This document shows positions 40,075-47,902 of a stretch of DNA of 64,000 nt, piece by piece. Origin of the DNA: Candidatus Obscuribacteraceae bacterium (GTDB lineage: Bacteria > Cyanobacteriota > Vampirovibrionia > Obscuribacterales > Obscuribacteraceae). The translations under genes were made by a program, and so were the position numbers. The DNA is taken from contig JBGAHS010000004.1 of NCBI GenBank assembly GCA_044226015.1, positions 32,001 to 96,000 on the forward strand, in the 5' to 3' direction. Every line of letters begins with the position of its first letter. Positions within the stretch are counted from its first letter, which is position 1. Under the pieces are notes generated by a model. That model saw only the letters and a program-made list of their open reading frames with translations, was not told the origin of the DNA and did no database searches.

Positions 40075-41247
40075 ATGGCTAGAATTTTATTCTTGAGTGA
40101 GCGTTTCCCTCCCGATATCGGTGGGCTAGCGGCAAGCACTGCCCGCATTTCGAAATGTCTTGCTGGCTCTGGGCACGATGTAGATGTCTTGGCCTGGAGT
40201 CGACATCTACAGGCAGCCCAACTCGAAGACTGCTCCAACTCCGCCGAAGGCGAAGAGACCGGACTGACAGTCTATAAGCAAGGACTCTATCGCAATTGGG
40301 ACCTGACAATGGCGGCAGCCATTAACGTAATCGACTGGTTGCACGAGAAGCATCCTTACGATCTTATCTGGGGGCATTACCTTAGCAAAGCCGGGTTTCT
40401 CGCCGTCTGGGTGGGTGAAAACAAAAACATACCGTCAATTGTTAGTGCCAGAGGCAATGACATCGACACGGAAGTCTTCCCCCCTGGAGATTTTGCAAGA
40501 TTGCAATGGACCCTACAAAGAGCCAGTGCAGTTAGCGCGGTAAGCAGAGATCTTGCTTCCAAAATTCGCGTTATTGCTCAAAGAGATGATGTGCGGGTAA
40601 TTCATAATTCGGTCGATGCTGAGCAGTTTCGTCCAGATTTTGGGGACGCGAGCTTGCGGCAAAATTTGGGGATAGCTGCTGACGAGGTGATTTTGGGGTT
40701 TGCTGGAGAACTGCGCGAGAAAAAAGGCATGCAATTTTTGCTTGAAGCTTTCAAGCAAGTTAAGGAGGCTATGAATGCGGTTCTCCTTATTATTGGCGAG
40801 GTCCGCCAACAGCAAAAGGTCAACTTGCAATTATTTGCTGCGGAAAATCCAGATGCCGCCTCCCGAGTAATAATTACGGGACACTTGCAAGAAGCGCGAG
40901 TGATATCTGAGCATTTGAATCTGTGTGATTTGTTCTTGCTTCCTTCAATTATGGAAGGTTTTCCGAATTCTTTGCTTGAGGCCATGTCTTGCGAAAGACT
41001 GTGTCTCGCCAGCGATGCGGGTGGTATTCCCGAGCTTTTGGAGCATGAGAAGAATGGATTCATCATTAAGAAGACACATTTGAATCATTTGTCCACTGCT
41101 ATTCGAGAATCATTGCAGCTTCCAGATGTAGAGAAGCGTCGCCTGGTTTCTGCGGCAAGAGATACAGTACTGAACAGGTTCAATCTAGAAATTGAAAGGG
41201 CTCAGCTAACTGAGCTCGTGGATGCTTTGCTTAGCAAAAAGCGGTAA
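40075..41247 (+). CDS. GT4 glycosyltransferase
   Basis: FPPDIGG, RGND, REKKG, EGFPNSLLEA. Confidence 0.93.
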   Translation: MARILFLSERFPPDIGGLAASTARISKCLAGSGHDVDVLAWSRHLQAAQLEDCSNSAEGEETGLTVYKQGLYRNWDLTMAAAINVIDWLHEKHPYDLIWGHYLSKAGFLAVWVGENKNIPSIVSARGNDIDTEVFPPGDFARLQWTLQRASAVSAVSRDLASKIRVIAQRDDVRVIHNSVDAEQFRPDFGDASLRQNLGIAADEVILGFAGELREKKGMQFLLEAFKQVKEAMNAVLLIIGEVRQQQKVNLQLFAAENPDAASRVIITGHLQEARVISEHLNLCDLFLLPSIMEGFPNSLLEAMSCERLCLASDAGGIPELLEHEKNGFIIKKTHLNHLSTAIRESLQLPDVEKRRLVSAARDTVLNRFNLEIERAQLTELVDALLSKKR

Positions 41248-42416
41248 GCTTCGAGAATCTTGGCGCGAGCGTTGTCCAGAGAAAATTCTTTTTCAATCTT
41301 CTGTCGTGCCGCTTTAGCAAGATGTTCAGTTTGATTGCGATCCTCCACAATCATTTTGATCGCATCTTTCAAAGAACCGGCAGAGTCTGGTTTGCACAAG
41401 TGAATTACTGGTGGAATTCCAGCAATTTCTTGCACCACGGGTAGCGTCGTTGAAAGTACTGGACGACCAACCGCCATTCCTTCTACTATCTTAAGGGGGC
41501 AACAGCCTTGTTCTGCGTTGCGATCATTATTAGAGAGTGGTGCAAGCACTATGTCACACTCATGCATCAGTGGAATTAGCTCCGCTTGCGTTCGGGCAGG
41601 TAAGATCTCGACCCAATTGTCGAGCTGTTTTTTAGAAATTAGTTCGCCAATTTTTGCAATCTGCTGTGGGCGAGCTGCGGCCACAATTGTCAACTTACTT
41701 GCAATGCCTTCGGCATTCAAGACTGCTGTTGCATCAATTGCTGTGTTGACGCCCTGCCAGGCTGAAAGAGTCCCGAAGTAGAGAAGGTGCAGAATATCCT
41801 TCTGGGCATTGAGGGGCTCAAATTGAAACAAGCTGAGGTCTACGGCATTCGGAATCACTTTGATTTTGCTATCTAGATTTGCATGCTTCTGCGTTAGAAA
41901 AGCTTTGCTCAATTGGCTCGTTGTAATAATTAGGTCACTTTTCTCAAGGCACAATTCCTCTTGTCCTAGTAGCTTTTGCATGAATTCAAAATCGTCTGCG
42001 ACTCGAGGATACCTGTATTTAAGCTCGATAGAAGGCAAAGCATTTACTTCGAATACAAGTGCATTGCAGTATTTACTTTTGTCCTTTGCAAATATAAGAC
42101 CCTCAAAAGGTGAGCGAAAATGCACAATGTCGAAATACTTGTTTTTGCAAGCAATCTCAAGAAAGCGTCTGAAGTTGTTTATCCTGTCGATCAAATTCTG
42201 GCCGGGTGCTGGAATCAAGATTTGTTCAATTCCGGTTTCCAGTAATCTGCATTGAATGGGGGTTCCGTTTGGATACTCTTCTGTATTCGCCACTGTGCAG
42301 AGCTGTAATGACCCAAATTCCTCTGCTAGAAATCTGGATATCTGCAATATATGAACAGCTGCCCCTTTGGGGGAAGGCAGCACATCAAATGAGACATAAA
42401 GTATTTTTGGACCCAT
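41202..42416 (-). CDS. GT4 glycosyltransferase
   Basis: PKGAAVHI, IPNAVD, GTLSAWQG, CCPLKIVEGMA. Confidence 0.92.
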   Translation of the reverse strand: MGPKILYVSFDVLPSPKGAAVHILQISRFLAEEFGSLQLCTVANTEEYPNGTPIQCRLLETGIEQILIPAPGQNLIDRINNFRRFLEIACKNKYFDIVHFRSPFEGLIFAKDKSKYCNALVFEVNALPSIELKYRYPRVADDFEFMQKLLGQEELCLEKSDLIITTSQLSKAFLTQKHANLDSKIKVIPNAVDLSLFQFEPLNAQKDILHLLYFGTLSAWQGVNTAIDATAVLNAEGIASKLTIVAAARPQQIAKIGELISKKQLDNWVEILPARTQAELIPLMHECDIVLAPLSNNDRNAEQGCCPLKIVEGMAVGRPVLSTTLPVVQEIAGIPPVIHLCKPDSAGSLKDAIKMIVEDRNQTEHLAKAARQKIEKEFSLDNARAKILEAYRFLLSKASTSSVS

Positions 42417-42475
42417 TAAACTGCTTTACTTAGTGACATGCTGGCGTAAAATCATAGTGTATTTTGGAGTCAAAG

Positions 42476-43327
42476 ATGTCAATCAATAGCTCAGAAGCTG
42501 GAACTGAGGTGCCCACCTCTGCTGAGGCTCTTCCGAGCGTAAAAAAAGAGATCTTTTCTTGTTCTGCAAATATAGCCCAAATGGAAGCTCAGTTAAAAGC
42601 TTTGCATAGTTTGGACAAGCTTGCCGAAAAGAAGGGAAAGAACGCATTAGGATTTTTTGTTCTGGCAGTGCTTTCTATTTTTGTTTTGCCTGCCAAACTT
42701 TCACATATTGGCGCGGCTGTTTCAGCTGGTTTGATCCTATTTACCTTTATATATTGGCGAAAATGGGCTAAGAAGAATTATCCAGATGAGCGATATTTGC
42801 TTGCTCAAGGTCTGTTAGATCTGGTTTCTCGTGATGCAAACGCTGAGGACTTAATAACTGCTCGCATTGATTTTTCTGGTTTAAGAACTGGAAAAAATGC
42901 TGTCGAAAAAAGAAGTGATAGAACAGTCTATTCACTTGAGTGGCTTCTTGTTTCGGGCAAGTTTGCCGATGGTTCAAAGTACACAATGCAGGTTTCCGAA
43001 CAAACACACGTCAAATTCAGAAAGGGAAAAATCAAGCCCAAAGGATATACCTTTGCACTCACACTCGTGTTTTCCAAGAAGACTTATGGTCAGCTCCAGA
43101 TTGATCAAAATCATGCTTTGGCGCAACTGCAATTGCCTTTTCATGCGCGCGTAAAATCGTTTCGCGCAAAAGGAAATGCAATCAGAATTGTTGCCAAAAC
43201 GGGGGCAATCTATGGTGAGGGAGAAGGAATTACCAGAGAGCTGATTACAATGGCAAAATATCAGTTGATCAGTGCTTATGAGATGATGAAATCGGGACAG
43301 GCTCCCGTCTCGGTCGCTAGCAAGTAA
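42476..43327 (+). CDS. hypothetical 2-TM membrane protein with a basic soluble domain
   Basis: SD GGAG; two hydrophobic helices. Confidence 0.75.
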   Translation: MSINSSEAGTEVPTSAEALPSVKKEIFSCSANIAQMEAQLKALHSLDKLAEKKGKNALGFFVLAVLSIFVLPAKLSHIGAAVSAGLILFTFIYWRKWAKKNYPDERYLLAQGLLDLVSRDANAEDLITARIDFSGLRTGKNAVEKRSDRTVYSLEWLLVSGKFADGSKYTMQVSEQTHVKFRKGKIKPKGYTFALTLVFSKKTYGQLQIDQNHALAQLQLPFHARVKSFRAKGNAIRIVAKTGAIYGEGEGITRELITMAKYQLISAYEMMKSGQAPVSVASK

Positions 43328-43349
43328 GATTAGTACAGAGGAACCAATC

Positions 43350-44141
43350 GTGAAATCAAAGAAGGCAATAAGTTCTCAGTTCGGTTGGGTGGGCAATTCT
43401 CTTGCGTCTTTTCTCGTTCTTGCATTTCTGTCCCAGCTTACAGCTTGCTCAGTTGACAAAAAGATGACAACTACCGGGTCTGAATCAACTCCAGAAGCAA
43501 GTCAAACTTCAGTGAATCAAACAGCTGTGAAGCCTGCTGAAGAACCTGAATCGCTGAAGCAGATAGATATTGATATTCCGAAGGAAGACTTGAAGAACGA
43601 TACTCTTAGTTCAGTCACCTTTAAGAATGCCGAACATGCGATTGCCTTCAAGATGATGCATAACAAAGATGGTGGCGCGATTATTGACGATACCGGCAAG
43701 GTAAAATTCTCTTTTGTCGAAGACCACAAAGAGAAAGCCAGACGGCTTATTCGTGTTAAAGATGGCAAAGGCGCAGTAATTGGTGTGGTGTCAGTTGTCG
43801 GGGTGGATTTGATTGAGCTTGCTGACGCAAACAAATACAAGCAGTACGCCTTGAAGTTCGATGGTGAGCGCGTGTTTAAGCTTAAGGATGCCGAAAATAA
43901 CGTTCTCTATAAAATCAAGGACGAGTCCTATGGCGTAAAAATTGAAACTGCTGATGGCACTGTAGCCGGCAAGGTTAAGGTTAAGGAAGAGAAGGTGACC
44001 TTAAAAAATGCATCAAATGAATTAGTACTTTCCACACGTTCAGAAGTGCCTGCTCCAGCTTTAGCCTGTTTTGCAATGGACAAGCTAGGTGAGAAAGAAA
44101 AGTATTCGCTGGCTTACTCTTTGATGTTTTTGAGGTTGTAG
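43350..44141 (+). CDS. putative lipoprotein with beta-hairpin repeats
   Basis: Lipobox-like LTAC; repeated (L/V)KD..G/N.V units. Confidence 0.75.
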   Translation: MKSKKAISSQFGWVGNSLASFLVLAFLSQLTACSVDKKMTTTGSESTPEASQTSVNQTAVKPAEEPESLKQIDIDIPKEDLKNDTLSSVTFKNAEHAIAFKMMHNKDGGAIIDDTGKVKFSFVEDHKEKARRLIRVKDGKGAVIGVVSVVGVDLIELADANKYKQYALKFDGERVFKLKDAENNVLYKIKDESYGVKIETADGTVAGKVKVKEEKVTLKNASNELVLSTRSEVPAPALACFAMDKLGEKEKYSLAYSLMFLRL

Positions 44142-44142
44142 T

Positions 44143-44415
44143 ATGCCAGACCATAATTCACTTCCCTGTAGATACAAAGTTGGGTTTCTGTTCAAGCGAA
44201 TTTGCGGAAGGTTGAGCCGGGAAGGTTGCAACTTTTGTCAGGGAATGGCGCGCGACCCAAACCTCGATGAGGACTATGACCCATATTTCAATGACCGAAG
44301 AATCTATAACCGAAATTCAAGTTATTACAGGTCATACGATTTTACCGATTACGATGCGTACAATTTCGAGTCCGAATCAGACACAAATTACGAAAATGAT
44401 TTAGATGCCAGCTGA
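44143..44415 (+). CDS. small protein with 4 Cys and a Tyr/Asp-rich acidic tail
   Basis: Starts 1 bp after the upstream stop; overlaps the next ATG by 11 bp. Confidence 0.7.
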   Translation: MPDHNSLPCRYKVGFLFKRICGRLSREGCNFCQGMARDPNLDEDYDPYFNDRRIYNRNSSYYRSYDFTDYDAYNFESESDTNYENDLDAS

Positions 44416-45457
44416 CACCTGGTTGATTTATGCAATGGGTGGTGGATGGGGGCATTTGACGCGTTCATTGAGCCTGGCAAAAGCTGCTGCAATCAGGCAT
44501 CATGTTCTTATTATCAGCAACTGTAGTTATCTCGATTACATGCAAAATGATCCTAATTGGACCCGCCTGACTAAAGGTCTTAGCATTGAAATCAGGAATT
44601 GCGCGCACTTTAATTCAAGAGACAATAAAGCAGAACTTACTGAGTTGATTGAACGGGAAGTTGCAGATTTGAGCTGTTCTACCTTCATTGTAGATAGCTT
44701 CCCTAGAGGGCTGTTGGGTGAATTGCAGAGTGTTTTGTCCCGCCGCAAAAAAACAGCTAAGACAGTCTTGGTACATCGCGATCTGAATCCAGCTTATGCA
44801 GAGCAGTACAATCTACGAGAATTTGTTCAGTCAAATTTTGATTTGGTTCTCAATCCTGGTGAAGGAACGCGCGCGCTATTCCAAGAGTTTGCCGTTGAAT
44901 CTGCACCCTGGCTAATTCGTGACTCAGCAGAGTTGGATTCAGTAAACGACGAGCGAATAAACTGTTGGTTTGAACCAGGGAAAAACACAATTCTTATTTG
45001 TCCATCTGGCAGAGATATAGAAATGGAGCAGTACGTGAGAATAGCTGAGTGTCTCGCTGTTCGATTTGAAGCATGCAACTTTTTGCTGCTAAACAATGGA
45101 CTGTCTCGCAATAATGAGAGATCAAATTTGAGGCAGGTGAAATATTGGCCAGCGATTGATTTGCTCGCTTCGTCCAGTCTTGTTGTTGGTTCTGGAGGCT
45201 ATAACATTTCCAATGAATGCCGAGCATTAGGAGTGCCGCTTCTAGCGTATGCTCAATCACGTATGTATGATCGCCAGAAGCTGCGGTTGCTCGCTTTCAA
45301 TCAGGCGATCTTTTCATCTGAGTCTGAACTCGTTGACCTTGTTGAGAAAACAGTTTCTTCAACAAACGACCAGCGTCAAAAGGCTACATTCGATAACGGT
45401 GTGTATTCTGCCGTGCGGGAAATTGAACGATTGCAAGGGTGTATGAGACAATTGTGA
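44405..45457 (+). CDS. GT-B glycosyltransferase (GT28/GT1-like)
   Basis: YAMGGGWGHLTR, VDSFP.G, GSGGYN..E, DRQ. Confidence 0.85.
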   Translation: MPADTWLIYAMGGGWGHLTRSLSLAKAAAIRHHVLIISNCSYLDYMQNDPNWTRLTKGLSIEIRNCAHFNSRDNKAELTELIEREVADLSCSTFIVDSFPRGLLGELQSVLSRRKKTAKTVLVHRDLNPAYAEQYNLREFVQSNFDLVLNPGEGTRALFQEFAVESAPWLIRDSAELDSVNDERINCWFEPGKNTILICPSGRDIEMEQYVRIAECLAVRFEACNFLLLNNGLSRNNERSNLRQVKYWPAIDLLASSSLVVGSGGYNISNECRALGVPLLAYAQSRMYDRQKLRLLAFNQAIFSSESELVDLVEKTVSSTNDQRQKATFDNGVYSAVREIERLQGCMRQL

Positions 45458-45467
45458 AACATCAATT

Positions 45468-46397
45468 GTGAGTACGAACATGAAGCGAGCGATTTCAAAG
45501 ACAATGTGGTTCTTATCTCTGGCGCTGCCGCTGCTTTTAGTTGAGTCCACGCCGACTTCGGCAAAGAACTATATCTTCAGGACTTCCAATACTCCTGCGC
45601 GAGTTCAGTCTCTGGGTGTGGACACGGTCAATGCTGTCATAACCATTGGAAATCAGCGCCACTACGGGTTGTTTATAGTAAATAGTCCAAAGGGAAGCGA
45701 ACTGGGCGATGACATGTCTTTGAAATCTGGGCAGGTGTTACTTACTCTTGATGGTTACTCGGTATTGACTGCAAAGCAAGCTGAGAATTGGATTGCGCAC
45801 CGACCGCACAAGCCACTCGTGTTTACCTTTGCTATGATCGTAAACGGGGTTCCAAAAGTATTTACCCGAGAAATTGCATCCAAAAGCACGTTGAATCCTG
45901 GCTCACAGAATGTTGCTTCTTCCAGCAATTCTAGACCTGACCCTGCAGAGCGAGACTATTCCACTAGCGAACTCGAATCAGAATGCATTTCGATGATTAA
46001 TGAGAGTCGCCGAAGAGGCGGTCTTGGACCCGTAGTCCAGGACTCGCAGCTGGCAGGATTAGCTCGAAAATACGCTGACTACATGGCTCAACACAAAGAG
46101 GGCTACGAAATTACAGTGAGCCGAAGCCCTCATGTGGACCTGCAGGGACGATCACCACAAGAGCGTGCCAATGAGTATGGTGTCAACCGACCTATCGCCG
46201 AAAACATCGGACGTGCATCTAGAGGACCATTCGAATTAGACATCAAGCAACTGCGCAATCTACACAAATCTATGATGGATGAAGGTCCGGGTGGCGGTCA
46301 CTACGAAACAATCATGAATCCGAATGCCAGAATGGTTGGCGTGGGGGTGGCTAGAATTTCAGGCAGGTTTTATTTGACCGAAGAATTTTCGAATTGA
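45468..46397 (+). CDS. secreted PDZ-like + CAP (SCP) domain protein
   Basis: INESRR, AENIG, GHYETIMNP..VGVGV; PDZ-like N-terminal region. Confidence 0.85.
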   Translation: MSTNMKRAISKTMWFLSLALPLLLVESTPTSAKNYIFRTSNTPARVQSLGVDTVNAVITIGNQRHYGLFIVNSPKGSELGDDMSLKSGQVLLTLDGYSVLTAKQAENWIAHRPHKPLVFTFAMIVNGVPKVFTREIASKSTLNPGSQNVASSSNSRPDPAERDYSTSELESECISMINESRRRGGLGPVVQDSQLAGLARKYADYMAQHKEGYEITVSRSPHVDLQGRSPQERANEYGVNRPIAENIGRASRGPFELDIKQLRNLHKSMMDEGPGGGHYETIMNPNARMVGVGVARISGRFYLTEEFSN

Positions 46398-46491
46398 TGT
46401 AGTCGAGCCGGTTCTTGCACTTCTCCGGCTGATCCGTCCCACTTACTTTCTTTGTCACCAAGGTTCATCGACAACCGGGTTGGCTTGTATT

Positions 46492-46519
46492 CCACAAAAT
46501 CTTAATGCCTCTTGAATTA
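46492..46519 (+). promoter_or_regulatory. conserved upstream motif, copy 1 (CCACAAWWTCTTAATGCC-N4-GAATTA)
   Basis: 22 of 28 positions identical to 47731-47758. Confidence 0.6.
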
Positions 46520-46543
46520 GCATCAGATTAGGGGTTTGGGGGC

Positions 46544-47716
46544 ATGGCTATGGTGAGATCTTCGGAAAATTCTGGGGCTGAACGGGCGGAGAGAAACGCC
46601 TCAGAGCAAAAGGGAACAGAGTCTTCAGTCCATCAGGAAATTACTCAATCGCGCCAGACGGCAACTCAAGATGGTGTGCAACAGAAAGAGCAGAGCAAAA
46701 ACGATACCAATCGGTTGGAGAATCAGGGACAACTTCCGAGTCTAACCTTAGCCGACCAAGATACAAATGATGCAAAAACTCGCGGCATGAAAGCTGCGGA
46801 AAGCCCAGATTCCGCTAAGGAAGGAACCGATAAAAATAAGAGTGGCAGCCCTGAAGCAGCTAAGCAAACCAAGGAATCAAAACCCGAAACTCAAGAGAAT
46901 AAATCAGAAGCTGCAGAAATGCTCGGCGACTTTTCAATCTCTCCGGAGTCATCATCTTCGGCTGCCGGTGATGACAGAACAAAAGTAGCGGATTCGCCCG
47001 TTCATCCCTTTAACGCAACAGCTAGCGAATACAAAGACATGCTACGGTCTGGACCGAAAAAAGGTATTGATCGCATTTGTTCGACCGATGCCCAATCGCC
47101 AGCAGTAAGTAAGCAAGAAATACAAAACACCTGTGGAATTGATTTGAAATCGAAATTCCCCGAAGTGAAAGCGGGTGTTGTTCAGGTTTATGGCGAAGGT
47201 GGTCGAATTGGTACCGGTTTTCTGGCCTGCGAGAAGAACAATTGCCAAATCGTCACTGATGAACATGTCGTGGGCAGTGGAACGCAAGTGATGCTCGTAA
47301 AAGATGGAAAGGCAGCGCCTGGTACCGTCACGGGGCGCGATTCTGCAAGTGACCTTGCGAGCATTTCTTTTGATGCTAAACGTCTTCCGGGTCTAAAACC
47401 TCTTCCCCTGGGAACTGGAACGGACCTGGCTGTTGGCGCACCAGTGTTTGCTGTTGGGCATGGAAAGCAATTGCCAGAGCAATCAGTCATTCCAGGACAA
47501 ATTACAAACGCCTCAGTTGATATCAAAACGAGAGATGGTGCTTTATATGCTAACCAATTTGATTCGGATATGAAAGCCGTTCCGGGGCATTCGGGAAGCC
47601 CTGTACTGGACCGTGACGGTAAGGTAGTTGCTGTAATAGGAAGCAGTGGTAGAACTGGTAGCTCTGGTCCCAAAGTTGAAAAAGTAAAAGAACTGCTCAG
47701 AAAATCTACTCATTGA
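46544..47716 (+). CDS. polar leader + trypsin-like (S1) serine protease
   Basis: Triad TDEHVV / DLA / PGHSGSP; no signal peptide, no PDZ. Confidence 0.9.
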   Translation: MAMVRSSENSGAERAERNASEQKGTESSVHQEITQSRQTATQDGVQQKEQSKNDTNRLENQGQLPSLTLADQDTNDAKTRGMKAAESPDSAKEGTDKNKSGSPEAAKQTKESKPETQENKSEAAEMLGDFSISPESSSSAAGDDRTKVADSPVHPFNATASEYKDMLRSGPKKGIDRICSTDAQSPAVSKQEIQNTCGIDLKSKFPEVKAGVVQVYGEGGRIGTGFLACEKNNCQIVTDEHVVGSGTQVMLVKDGKAAPGTVTGRDSASDLASISFDAKRLPGLKPLPLGTGTDLAVGAPVFAVGHGKQLPEQSVIPGQITNASVDIKTRDGALYANQFDSDMKAVPGHSGSPVLDRDGKVVAVIGSSGRTGSSGPKVEKVKELLRKSTH

Positions 47717-47730
47717 GAAATCCGTACGTG

Positions 47731-47758
47731 CCACAATTTCTTAATGCCGATCGAATTA
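47731..47758 (+). promoter_or_regulatory. conserved upstream motif, copy 2
   Basis: CCACAATTTCTTAATGCCGATCGAATTA. Confidence 0.6.
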
Positions 47759-47902
47759 TCGTTTTTATCTAAAGGTTCGCACACTTACTAAGTTTAGCTT
47801 GACAGGTTCATTTCCAGCAGTACTCACCGCTGGTTTTAGGACTGAGTAAAACATCGGGAAATAGCACTCTTCCTCTGCTTGGAAGAGCAAGGCAGGTTTG
47901 TA

